Positions 50,012 through 58,704 of a DNA stretch of 64,000 bases are shown one piece after another; the stretch's first letter is position 1, and every line of letters begins with the position of its first letter. The notes below the pieces were generated by a model. The model saw only the letters and a program-made list of their open reading frames with translations, was not told the DNA's origin and searched no databases. Made by a program: the position numbers and the translations under genes. Origin of the DNA: a virus; IMG/VR virus record IMGVR_UViG_3300007513_000010. One strand, written 5' to 3'.

Positions 50012-50262
50012 AGCTGTCAAAGTTTGTAGATACTATAGCTATTGTTTTGTTGTTGGCTCTTTTGGGCGCAGGCTTTATGGTGATGAACAAGACATCCGAG
50101 TCTAATCTTGTCACGGCAGATATTGCACTCATACAGGCAAAAAATAGAAAAAGAGTAATACAAGAGGTGGCTTTACTTAGTGCAGAGATTAAAAACCTGC
50201 AGAAAGACATAGAAGACCTAAGAAAAAGGATCCGCCACCAGAACGAGGACATGGCGAAATAG
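50008..50262 (+). CDS. Small membrane-anchored coiled-coil protein
   Basis: N-terminal TM segment followed by a coiled coil. GTG overlap with the lipoprotein stop. Confidence 0.55.
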   Translation: MKLSKFVDTIAIVLLLALLGAGFMVMNKTSESNLVTADIALIQAKNRKRVIQEVALLSAEIKNLQKDIEDLRKRIRHQNEDMAK

Positions 50263-50328
50263 GTAGACGCAGGAGACTTAAAATCTCCCGACCAAAAGGT
50301 CTTGTGGGTTCGATTCCCTCTGTCCTCA
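50245..50328 (+). tRNA. tRNA-Leu (TAA)
   Basis: GAGGACA/TGTCCTC acceptor stem, GGAGA-CTTAAAA-TCTCC anticodon arm, long variable arm and GGTTCGATTCC T-loop. Confidence 0.93.
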
Positions 50329-50348
50329 TGAAATAAAGTTTAGGGCTT

Positions 50349-50933
50349 ATGTTTAAGATTACATCAGTTATATTGATTTGCCTGCTCGGTATGCCGGCAT
50401 CAGCAGGTTCTCTTTCTCACGCCCCACTCCCTTTAGGGCTGAGCTGGAAAAAGACAAACGACATCCCGCGCTTTGAGAAGTTTAGATATGTTTATGGCGA
50501 CCCGCAGTATGGGTACATAAAATATCTAGCAAAATCAGATATTTATGAACTTGAGACGGAGTTGGGCCTATACTATCGAGGCCGCATGTTAAGCAGTGTA
50601 TTGTTTATTTTTGGACCTGGGGGCATAAATAACACAAATTGTCTGGACAGGTACAGAGAAATAATAACTTTGTTAAACACAAAATATGGACACTTTGTGT
50701 TCCAAAAAAAACTTAGAGACTCAGATGCAAATGATTTATTTTACACGCGCCCATGCACCCCCATTTCGATAGGGTTAGAGGAGATTTCAACAACTTGGAA
50801 AACAAAAGAATTCCAGGTTGAAGCTTGGCTTTTTGGCCCCGACCAAGACGGCGAGCTGTTTATAGAGGTTGAATACATAAAGCTAAAACCACCAAAAGGC
50901 CCACTAGATGCCGAAATGTACAAAATATTGTGA
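50349..50933 (+). CDS. Secreted/periplasmic hypothetical protein
   Basis: Signal peptide ending in ASA, plus LNTKYG motif. Confidence 0.65.
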   Translation: MFKITSVILICLLGMPASAGSLSHAPLPLGLSWKKTNDIPRFEKFRYVYGDPQYGYIKYLAKSDIYELETELGLYYRGRMLSSVLFIFGPGGINNTNCLDRYREIITLLNTKYGHFVFQKKLRDSDANDLFYTRPCTPISIGLEEISTTWKTKEFQVEAWLFGPDQDGELFIEVEYIKLKPPKGPLDAEMYKIL

Positions 50934-51121
50934 ACATATTTTCAAAAGGCGACAAGGTGTTTCTTAGAGATAGGCCCCTTGGTCATCCACTAAAATCGTG
51001 GGGCATTGTTGTGGGATCCTTATCTTCTGATCGCTATAATGTGCACATACAAGAAGGAGCACTAGAAGGCAAGGTGGTAACATTCAGGTATTGGGATCTC
51101 TACAAAAAGGAGGAAAGTTGA
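50930..51121 (+). CDS. KOW/SH3-like small protein
   Basis: FSKGDKV...GIVV. Confidence 0.6.
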   Translation: MNIFSKGDKVFLRDRPLGHPLKSWGIVVGSLSSDRYNVHIQEGALEGKVVTFRYWDLYKKEES

Positions 51122-51321
51122 AAGAGCAATTTCAGATAATTACAAAGTCTGGAGACTTTCACCTGGTTGAGATATATGAAAATAGTGGGGATGTTGTTTT
51201 GGTTTTAGGGGAAAAAAGATTTGATTTAAACATTTCAACTGCTTTCGACTTGGCAGAAGCTTTGTACGCGGCCGCCTCCGGAGCAATTGACTGCCATTTC
51301 ATGGAAAGCGAGGATTCTTAA
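51118..51321 (+). CDS. Hypothetical protein
   Basis: AGGAGG SD before TTG 51118. Confidence 0.55.
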   Translation: MKEQFQIITKSGDFHLVEIYENSGDVVLVLGEKRFDLNISTAFDLAEALYAAASGAIDCHFMESEDS

Positions 51322-51397
51322 ATGGAGACCTCGGAAATTATATTTTGGATATCTATTTTTATAGCCCTTTATTGGGGTTCGAAAGGAGAAGGTGAAG

Positions 51398-51718
51398 ATG
51401 AGTAAAAAAGACCCGGAAGAAGACTATTCTTATCGTCACGGTTCTGGTATTAGGTGGAAAAGCACTCAACATAGCTGTCTTGGTCTCTCGGTCACAACTG
51501 GATTTACAAGAGATGACTTAGACACGAAGCAATTAGACGACGCAAAAAATAAATTTGAATCACTATTTATTACGGTTAGAAAGGTGCTAGAAGAACATGA
51601 AAGTTCTTGCCTAGATAGTGAGTCGGAAAGACTTACGGTTTGTCAAGCTCTTGCAGATCGCATACATTCAGATAGGCGATCTTTATTTGACTGGAAGGTA
51701 AGGCATGAAATCGTCTGA
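51398..51718 (+). CDS. Hypothetical protein
   Basis: Approximately 106-aa ORF with SD. Confidence 0.6.
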   Translation: MSKKDPEEDYSYRHGSGIRWKSTQHSCLGLSVTTGFTRDDLDTKQLDDAKNKFESLFITVRKVLEEHESSCLDSESERLTVCQALADRIHSDRRSLFDWKVRHEIV

Positions 51719-51852
51719 CGTTAGACTAAATAGTATGATGTGGTCGAGATCACAAAATGCCATGGGGCAGTCAGTAGCAAAAATGAACTTTATGGTTCTT
51801 TTAATATTTGCACACCAGCCGCGTCTTTGGCTTCCGGCTGCGGATTTGGAGT

Positions 51853-51978
51853 ATGATTATGATAAACTTTGATCTTATTTATCTTTTGGCTCCATTTGTT
51901 GTTGGTCTGGTTTTAGCGATGCCTTTTCTTGTTATCGCGATGGCCAAAACATTTGCAAATGATAAAAAAAGAGATTAA
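51853..51978 (+). CDS. Small single-TM peptide
   Basis: MIMINFDLIYLLAPFVVGLVLAMPFLVIAMAKTFANDKKRD. Confidence 0.45.
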   Translation: MIMINFDLIYLLAPFVVGLVLAMPFLVIAMAKTFANDKKRD

Positions 51979-51985
51979 AATTGAT

Positions 51986-52014
51986 TTGACAATTTTCTAG
52001 AAATACACTAAACT
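51986..52014 (+). promoter_or_regulatory. Sigma70-like promoter
   Basis: TTGACA-17nt-TAAACT. Confidence 0.65.
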
Positions 52015-52046
52015 TAATATATGTAGTTTGAAAATAGAGGAAAACA

Positions 52047-52205
52047 ATGTCTGCTGGAGATTTGTTCTTAACCCGCACTGGGGTACCCGTGGTGCTTCTA
52101 AAGATGTGGCCTGCATTTGAGGGTGATTTCTTGTGCGAGGTTTTGCACCCTTCGGGAACCAGAGGTGCTATTCTTTTGAGTACCCTTGAGAAGGTAAACC
52201 CATGA
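52047..52205 (+). CDS. KOW/SH3-like small protein
   Basis: MSAGDLFL...LEKV. GAGG SD and ATGA overlap. Confidence 0.55.
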   Translation: MSAGDLFLTRTGVPVVLLKMWPAFEGDFLCEVLHPSGTRGAILLSTLEKVNP

Positions 52206-52876
52206 AAAGCTCAAAATTTTCAAGATTAAAAAAATGCCTAGAGAGCATGAGTGCTTTTGGTGACGATGTCATTCCCAAGCACCGTGAGGTAGTCGAGTCA
52301 TTTATAAAATTTTGGGAAATAAATGGCTATTTGACTGATAATCAAAGTACGTGGTTTGAGAGTATTGAGAAGCAATACGGCCAGGCCTCTTTGAAGAAAA
52401 AAAAGCTTTGGAAAGATCAATACGACGCTTCAAAGCGTTTAACGGCTAAAAGGTGTGCGCAGTATTATCAAGCTAACCCACCATACTGGTCGGATCTGGC
52501 CCTGAAGGTTCTGTCTGATCCAGACTGCGTTCTTAGTGAAAAACAGTTTGTTAAAATGTGTGAAAACAAATATGCAAAAAAGATTTTGAATATGTATTCC
52601 GCGAAACCTCAGTACAGCGTTGGTCAGTTTGTGCAAATTAGGTCTTCAAATAAGATTTTAATTGCGAATTCTCCGCCCAATCATTACCGAGGACTTCAGA
52701 CCAGACCTATTACCACACTGGACGCAAACGCGGCCGCGGTCATTTTGGAGATAGACGCCAAACCAATCACTAGGGCCGCAAAGGGTGCGAGGATATATCG
52801 TATTCTACCCGTCGGCTCCACAAGTGCCGTGTATGCTCACGAGGGCGATATAAAGCGCATGAGGAAGAAGAAATGA
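52202..52876 (+). CDS. Hypothetical protein with a C-terminal SH3-like domain
   Basis: LTDNQ/LSEKQ repeats and YSVGQFVQ...AKGARIY. Confidence 0.65.
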   Translation: MKSSKFSRLKKCLESMSAFGDDVIPKHREVVESFIKFWEINGYLTDNQSTWFESIEKQYGQASLKKKKLWKDQYDASKRLTAKRCAQYYQANPPYWSDLALKVLSDPDCVLSEKQFVKMCENKYAKKILNMYSAKPQYSVGQFVQIRSSNKILIANSPPNHYRGLQTRPITTLDANAAAVILEIDAKPITRAAKGARIYRILPVGSTSAVYAHEGDIKRMRKKK

Positions 52877-53223
52877 GAATAAAGACTATTTCTTTTCTTT
52901 TCAAAGAAAAGAGGGTATTTCTAGAGTGTAATATGTTTGGAAAGTTTATGATCCCCGTAGTAGAGAAAAAGAGAGGAAAAAGAAGAACTGTGGAAAAGCC
53001 ATTTTCAGCCAGACAGGTTATTGATCATCACAAAGTTAAGATCAGTGATCCTTCACTAACTCTCAACAACGGAGAAAAGGTAAGAGTGTTCCAAGGAGGA
53101 GACCCTGCTTTTATGCTGACTTATCCGGCCTCCGTAATAGATTCACACGATGAAAGTTACGCAAGAGATGTTTTAGAAGAAGAAGATTCAAGCTGGTATG
53201 ACCATGCCTCGTTCCCATTCTGA
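52873..53223 (+). CDS. Hypothetical protein
   Basis: Coupled 116-aa ORF. Confidence 0.6.
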   Translation: MRIKTISFLFKEKRVFLECNMFGKFMIPVVEKKRGKRRTVEKPFSARQVIDHHKVKISDPSLTLNNGEKVRVFQGGDPAFMLTYPASVIDSHDESYARDVLEEEDSSWYDHASFPF

Positions 53224-53467
53224 TGCAGACCCCAAGCGCCATCCCTTTGAGATCGGCGAATTGGTACAAATTGTCATGCACGGTTCGATCCACTTTTCAG
53301 AAAAGGGGATAGTTGTGGACAGGATTCATTACACTGATCCAGGAAAAATTGAATCTGCACACCTGGATGAATATAGTTGTTGTGTTTTGTTGCAGGATCA
53401 CCCTGGTACTTCCGTGATGGTGAGGGCGAAGTGGCTTGTTTCATTATCTAAAGTAAAAAGTGCTTGA
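53198..53467 (+). CDS. KOW/SH3-like small protein
   Basis: FEIGELVQ...GIVV...RAKWL. Paralogous to the next gene. Confidence 0.6.
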   Translation: MTMPRSHSDADPKRHPFEIGELVQIVMHGSIHFSEKGIVVDRIHYTDPGKIESAHLDEYSCCVLLQDHPGTSVMVRAKWLVSLSKVKSA

Positions 53468-53491
53468 CAGGTTTCCTTATTATGTTATAAT
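53464..53491 (+). promoter_or_regulatory. Sigma70-like promoter, probably giving a leaderless mRNA
   Basis: TTGACA, 16-nt spacer ending TGn, then TATAAT. ATG is 6 nt downstream with no SD. Confidence 0.7.
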
Positions 53492-53497
53492 ATATAT

Positions 53498-53713
53498 ATG
53501 AGACAAATTTTTGATGTAGGGGACATTGTCAAATACGGGACACTTAAAGGTCTAGTAATCGAGAGCCAGCCAATCTTAGCCCTAGGAAAGAAAGAAAGAA
53601 AACTTCACGTAGAAGAGTATCGCTGCAAGGTTAAATTCTTTTCGTCGGAGGATTCCCCACCACGATGGATTCGCGCAAAACACTTAGTACACTTGTCAAA
53701 AATAAGTGAATAA
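53498..53713 (+). CDS. KOW/SH3-like small protein
   Basis: FDVGDIVK...GLVI...RAKHL. Confidence 0.65.
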   Translation: MRQIFDVGDIVKYGTLKGLVIESQPILALGKKERKLHVEEYRCKVKFFSSEDSPPRWIRAKHLVHLSKISE

Positions 53714-53718
53714 TTTCA

Positions 53719-53747
53719 TTGACTTACGCTTAAACTTGTGCTACTAT
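53719..53747 (+). promoter_or_regulatory. Sigma70-like promoter
   Basis: TTGACT, 17-nt spacer ending TGn, then TACTAT. Confidence 0.65.
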
Positions 53748-53776
53748 AATATAACAACCTCAAAAAAGGACAAATA

Positions 53777-53938
53777 ATGAGAGGTACAAAATTGTGGACC
53801 AACGCTAGTGTCCGACGCTTTGCTCGGCTTTTGTTGGACAAGTCTGAACACAGAAAAGAAGAAATCTTAGGTGCCCTGGATACACAGAGTAGAGCCATGG
53901 TTATAGAAGAAATCCTTCGTTTAAGGAAAGAGAGATAG
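53777..53938 (+). CDS. Hypothetical 53-aa protein
   Basis: AAGGA SD. MRGTKLWTNASVRRFARLLL... Confidence 0.55.
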   Translation: MRGTKLWTNASVRRFARLLLDKSEHRKEEILGALDTQSRAMVIEEILRLRKER

Positions 53939-53939
53939 A

Positions 53940-54182
53940 ATGAAAGTAAGAAACGTAGTTGTTGCATCGTATTGGCAGCATGACAAGCCCGCGGAGAACC
54001 ATACAGGCTCTTTTACAACAAATGGAATAAAACTTTGGTCATATGGTCTTATGATCGGAGACACTGTAGACGGAAAAAAGATCCTAAAAGACTATACAGC
54101 CGCCGGCACTTTTGGGTTCAAGTCACAAACTACTAGCTGTCACGTTGGTTTCGCCCGACGCCATGCAGACACTATCCTTTAG
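53940..54182 (+). CDS. Hypothetical phage protein
   Basis: LWSYGLMIG...SQTTSCHV. Confidence 0.65.
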   Translation: MKVRNVVVASYWQHDKPAENHTGSFTTNGIKLWSYGLMIGDTVDGKKILKDYTAAGTFGFKSQTTSCHVGFARRHADTIL

Positions 54183-54191
54183 GAGAAGAAA

Positions 54192-55019
54192 ATGAGTTGG
54201 AGTGGAACAGTATATTGCGGCCACTGCGGTCAGAGGGGTCACAATCGCCTTGGTTGCCCAGAGAGAAAAAGATACGCAAAAGAAAACCCAACAAGCTATG
54301 TCGCTAATCAACTTAAAAGAGAAGCAGAAACAAGAGCTGAAGCGATCGCGTCTCGAACCTGTTCGTATTGTTCGGAATCTGGCCACAATCGCAGAGGCTG
54401 TAAAACTCTGAAAGAAGATAGGGTCTTAATCCAAGCAGCACAAGAACAGTACTGTAAGGATTTTTTATCTGAGCTTGAGGACTTGGGCTTGGGTATGGGG
54501 GCACTGGTACACGTTCCGACGGGCCACGCCGGAGACGAACATTCGGCATGGACAACTTCAGTCTTAGTGATGGTTACGGACATTAACTGGAAAGATATAG
54601 ACTTTTTGTTGAAAACTGGAGGCAACCGCGCCTACTCTTCCGCCCGCGCCGTGATGACTGGAAGAGTCGTTAAGTCTTGTGGTTACAATTCGCCAACCAC
54701 TGATGGTTGGCGCCGTGATCCAGTGCACAATGATTCGTGGAGGTTTAACGAATTTTCTTTGCCTTTGGAATCGCTTCAAGCTTCTAGCGTATCGCCGAGT
54801 TTCACAAGAGGCGTAGTTGTTTCGCCATCGAATGTTGTCTCTTGGTCTTTGCCAAGCGGCTTGCCTAGGCGCGTCGAGCAGGAGTTTAATCTAGCTCCTG
54901 ATAAGAGGGCGGATAGGTGGCAAAAGGAGAGATTATCATTACAGTCTGCCTCGTGGTCTGTGGTGAGAAAGGAAGAGCACGAAAAAGCTCGTGATCCAGC
55001 AGGTCATCGCGATGGTTGA
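54192..55019 (+). CDS. Protein with two CCHC zinc knuckles
   Basis: CGHCGQRGHNRLGC and CSYCSESGHNRRGC (CX2CX4HX4C). Confidence 0.8.
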   Translation: MSWSGTVYCGHCGQRGHNRLGCPERKRYAKENPTSYVANQLKREAETRAEAIASRTCSYCSESGHNRRGCKTLKEDRVLIQAAQEQYCKDFLSELEDLGLGMGALVHVPTGHAGDEHSAWTTSVLVMVTDINWKDIDFLLKTGGNRAYSSARAVMTGRVVKSCGYNSPTTDGWRRDPVHNDSWRFNEFSLPLESLQASSVSPSFTRGVVVSPSNVVSWSLPSGLPRRVEQEFNLAPDKRADRWQKERLSLQSASWSVVRKEEHEKARDPAGHRDG

Positions 55020-55230
55020 TCCCTTTGAATTGCATCCATTAGTCCCTTCATTGGAAAAAAAACAAAATAATGTCTTGACTTTACGACAGGTTCGTGAGAC
55101 AATAGATAAACAAATTAAAGCAGTAGAGAACCTGTCCCCAAAAACCTGGGGCTTCAAAAGAGAAGAGATTCTCAAACATTTGAGAAAAGTTTTAGAGGAT
55201 TTAGAAAAGAAATGTCAAAAAAACTTATAG
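55012..55230 (+). CDS. Hypothetical protein
   Basis: Short coupled ORF. Confidence 0.45.
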   Translation: MVDPFELHPLVPSLEKKQNNVLTLRQVRETIDKQIKAVENLSPKTWGFKREEILKHLRKVLEDLEKKCQKNL

Positions 55231-55808
55231 ATAATTTATATCGAATGAGCAACCCTGAGCTGATCGGTTTAGCAAAAAACAGATGGCTTCCAAATGATGT
55301 GCAAATGGCCATCGCCAAGCATCATTATCGTCGCGCTCACACTTATTTGGCAGAAAATGAGGGCCTAGACACAAAGGTGAGAGACTACCTGTGGTCTGAC
55401 GAGTGCAATAAAGGGTACGTTCTTAAAAGCCTTATGATTACCTATGGCCAATACGATCAAGAGCCAGAAAAGTTCGTCGAGTTTTATGAACAGTATCCTA
55501 GTGCTTGGTCGCGATCCCCATGGCGCATGGCCACAGCTTTCTTCGGGAACTTCCATTGGCGCAACGGTGGTCTAAGCAAGACTCCATCGGATCTTTTGAA
55601 TCGCATTTATGACGATCATTTCAGCCCTCGGCTAAACTCGTCCACAATGCAAGATAATGGTTGGAATTATGGTAGCTCAAGGTATTATCTTGAAAGGATG
55701 GCGAAGCATGAAAACGTGGACCTCAAGCTGGCGATAAAACTCTCCCAGCACGGCCTAGAGAACATTCAGAGAATTGGCTTTAACAAAATTGTTGAACTTT
55801 CAAAGTAA
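55212..55808 (+). CDS. Hypothetical helical-repeat protein
   Basis: LAKN..LP..VQ and MAKHENVD repeats. Confidence 0.6.
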   Translation: MSKKLIDNLYRMSNPELIGLAKNRWLPNDVQMAIAKHHYRRAHTYLAENEGLDTKVRDYLWSDECNKGYVLKSLMITYGQYDQEPEKFVEFYEQYPSAWSRSPWRMATAFFGNFHWRNGGLSKTPSDLLNRIYDDHFSPRLNSSTMQDNGWNYGSSRYYLERMAKHENVDLKLAIKLSQHGLENIQRIGFNKIVELSK

Positions 55809-55826
55809 TTTTCAAGAAAATAGTAC

Positions 55827-55855
55827 TTGACTATAAACGCCATATGTGGCATACT
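55827..55855 (+). promoter_or_regulatory. Sigma70-like promoter upstream of the AAA ATPase
   Basis: TTGACT, 17-nt spacer ending TGn, then CATACT. Confidence 0.65.
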
Positions 55856-55902
55856 ATTTATATATGATGATGACAAAAACTGCAAAACCATAGGAGAAAA
55901 TC

Positions 55903-56973
55903 ATGGCAGTTGACTTCAATACATTCGTAAATATCGTTGAACACGTAACAGACGTGCGTAAGCCAGTGCTTTTGCGCGGACGTCACGGGGTTGGTAAATC
56001 AACTGTAGTTTATCAATTTGCAGAGAGCAAGGGTCTCCCGGTAGTTGAAAGGAGGGCCTCTCAAATGACAGAGGGGGATCTCGTGGGCTTGCCAGAGATT
56101 GAAGGAGAATCAACTAAGTTTAATCCTCCAGACTGGTATAAAAAGGCTTGTGATATGCCCGTTGTTCTTTTCCTAGATGAAGTCGACCGCGCCACTCTGG
56201 AGGTTAGGCAGGGTATTTTTGAATTAACTGACAGCAGAAAGCTAAATGGTCATAACTTGCATTCCGATACTCTAATCTTTGCTGCTGTAAATGGAGGAGA
56301 GCATGGAGAACAATATCAAGTTGGTGAAATGGATCCAGCAGAATTGGATCGCTGGACTGTTTTTGACTTGGAACCCTCGGTTGAGGACTGGCTGAGCTGG
56401 GCTTCTGAAGGCGATATTTCAACTGAGGTTTGGGACTTTATCAATCAGAACCGAGTGCACCTGGAACATAGTGATGATTTTGAACCTAACAAGGTCTACC
56501 CTTCTCGTCGTTCGTGGGAGCGTTTAGACCAGTGCTTAACTTCCGCAGAACTGCTAAGTGAGTCTTCGCCTGTCTTGTACAACTTGACTGCTGCATTTTG
56601 TGGCTTTGAGGCTGCGGTGGCATTTAACGATTTTATCGCTAATTATGATCGTCAAGTCACTCCGGAGGACATTCTAGTTAATGGGGACTTTAGCAAAGTC
56701 GGGGACTTTGGGATCAACGACCACTCGGCCTTAATTGAAAAGTTTGAGGCAAGTGAGTCCTTCAAGGAAGAACTAGAGCAAACCCAGGTAAACAACTTGG
56801 CTCGATACTTCCTGATGCTTCCTTCAGAGGTGGCGATGAAGCTATGGAGCGTCCTTGGCTCCGGCGCCCTGGACAACACAATTAAGCTACACCAGGCAAC
56901 TGTTGATGATAAGTCAGTATCAGAATATCTGGTTGAAATTTTAGCTGGAGAGCAAGGTAAGGAAAGCAAATGA
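55903..56973 (+). CDS. MoxR-like AAA+ ATPase
   Basis: GRHGVGKS, LFLDEVDR, AAVN, MDPAELDRW and PSRRSW. Confidence 0.92.
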   Translation: MAVDFNTFVNIVEHVTDVRKPVLLRGRHGVGKSTVVYQFAESKGLPVVERRASQMTEGDLVGLPEIEGESTKFNPPDWYKKACDMPVVLFLDEVDRATLEVRQGIFELTDSRKLNGHNLHSDTLIFAAVNGGEHGEQYQVGEMDPAELDRWTVFDLEPSVEDWLSWASEGDISTEVWDFINQNRVHLEHSDDFEPNKVYPSRRSWERLDQCLTSAELLSESSPVLYNLTAAFCGFEAAVAFNDFIANYDRQVTPEDILVNGDFSKVGDFGINDHSALIEKFEASESFKEELEQTQVNNLARYFLMLPSEVAMKLWSVLGSGALDNTIKLHQATVDDKSVSEYLVEILAGEQGKESK

Positions 56974-58187
56974 CCCAGGCAGCAACAACGAGCAAGTTTG
57001 ATTTGAATATGCACACAGCTCGGCTGTTAATGGATGAACCTTTCTTCGCAGCCATTTCACGTAGGATTGACAAGAGGGCTTCAACCGCACTCCCCACCGC
57101 GGGAGTGATGGTTAACCCGAAAACTTCCCAGTTTGAGCTGCTTTATAATCCAGAGTTTTTTGAAAAGCTAACGGATGACGAACGTCGTGATGTTCTCAAG
57201 CACGAATATTATCATATTGTGTTCTTGCATGTTACGAGCCGGCTGCCGGCTGGCGTGCACATGAAGCTGTGGAATATTGCAACCGATCTGGCTATCAATT
57301 CACACTTGTACAATCTTCCTGAGGGTGGCCTGATCCCTGGCGAAGGTGCTTTTGAGAGTCTCCCACGTGGGAAATCTGCAGAGTGGTACCTCGCCCAGCT
57401 CCCAGAGGTGTTTAAGTCGTCTCCGAACCCCGAAGGTTCAGAGGATTCTGACTCTGGAGGTGAGAGTCAGGGCGGATCATCGGAAGGCGACCTACCTGAT
57501 ACTTTAGATGATCATAGTGGTTGGGGCGAGTGTACGCAAGAAGCAAAAGATATGGCTCGCGAGCGATTGAAAGACATTGTAAGAAAAGCAGCAGATGAGT
57601 GCTCGAAGTCTTCGAATTGGGGATCTGTATCTGCCTCAGTGAAGCAAGAGATAATTAAGACACTTCAGAGTAAGGTTTGTTGGAAGAAGCTTTTAAGGTA
57701 TTTTGTGAAAACCTCCCAAAGAGCCAACCGCTCTGGAAGTATGAAAAGGATTAACAGGCGTTATCCCTATATTCACCCTGGTCGCAAAACAAATAGGGTA
57801 GCACAGGTTGCAATTAGTATTGATCAGTCTGGATCCGTGGATAACGAGATGCTTTCGATGTTCTTTGCAGAACTTAACAAGCTCGCAGAAATTGCAGAAT
57901 TTACAGTCATTCCTTTCGATACGCGCGTTGATGAGAACCTAGTGTATGTTTGGAAGAAGGGGATGAAAAAGAAGTGGGAGCGCGTCATGTGCGGAGGGAC
58001 AGACTTTAACCCTCCTACCGAATACGTTAACCAAAGGGGTTTCGACGGTCACATTATTCTAACAGATCTTTGTGCTCCAAAGCCAAAGTCAAGTAAGTGT
58101 CAACGAATGTGGATGACTACTCCGTATTTTGCAGAACGCCCGTACTTTGAAACTAAAGAGAAAATTGTAGCAATCAGTGATAAGTAG
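56970..58187 (+). CDS. Metallopeptidase-like plus vWA domain protein (DUF2201 type), partner of the AAA ATPase
   Basis: HEYYH, WNIATDLAIN, IDQSGS, GGTDF and ILTD. Confidence 0.9.
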   Translation: MTQAATTSKFDLNMHTARLLMDEPFFAAISRRIDKRASTALPTAGVMVNPKTSQFELLYNPEFFEKLTDDERRDVLKHEYYHIVFLHVTSRLPAGVHMKLWNIATDLAINSHLYNLPEGGLIPGEGAFESLPRGKSAEWYLAQLPEVFKSSPNPEGSEDSDSGGESQGGSSEGDLPDTLDDHSGWGECTQEAKDMARERLKDIVRKAADECSKSSNWGSVSASVKQEIIKTLQSKVCWKKLLRYFVKTSQRANRSGSMKRINRRYPYIHPGRKTNRVAQVAISIDQSGSVDNEMLSMFFAELNKLAEIAEFTVIPFDTRVDENLVYVWKKGMKKKWERVMCGGTDFNPPTEYVNQRGFDGHIILTDLCAPKPKSSKCQRMWMTTPYFAERPYFETKEKIVAISDK

Positions 58188-58211
58188 GGGTTTGTAATGA
58201 AATGGGGAAAA

Positions 58212-58668
58212 ATCACCTCCATCATCGTTTTAGGGGTGGTGATCTTAGCTTCAATAGGGTTTTTCCTTTGGTGTGTGCTGCCAAAGGAAAAATACTGGTT
58301 ATAGTCACTAAATTATCAGGGCGCAAAGAAGAGTTGTTCTTAGTCACCCTTTGACCAGTTGAGGGTTAAAAACAAAGTATCCGTGCGCGTATGTCTAACT
58401 CGCGTCGACTTTTGACATCAGAATTGTTCAGGCTTACTAACTAAGTTGCTGCGAAAGAAAATAAAATTAAGATAGGCTGGCGAAACATTGCGGCGAGGAC
58501 AGCATGTCTCACAACTTGGGAGTATAATTTAGTGATGATAACTGTTTCATTGGGGTTTATATACAAATTTTTACTGGCAATATCTATTTTTTTTGGTATA
58601 CTCACAGTATTTTTATATTTTGAACAGTAGTTAGGATAGGTGCGTAAAATCTTACGCACATTTCCAAC
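58212..58668 (+). ncRNA. Candidate large structured non-coding RNA (family unassigned, strand assumed)
   Basis: Multiple strong helices, including a 12-bp perfect long-range stem (58305-58316 with 58524-58535), a 12-bp hairpin (58260-58292) and an 8-bp hairpin (58640-58659). No long ORF. Confidence 0.45.
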
Positions 58669-58704
58669 ATCAGAGGGTTTCGGCTTGGGGTAATTGCTGT
58701 TATA

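Noticed and set aside
58298-58542. Assignment of the structured region as tmRNA, c-di-GMP-I riboswitch, retron msr-msd or canonical group I intron
   Set aside because: It has no TTCGA T-loop or CCA end. GGGCGCAAAG is present but without the upstream GGCAAAC/GAAA partner. No RT is in the window, no convincing P4/P6 was found, and no interrupted host gene is evident. It is kept only as an unclassified RNA.
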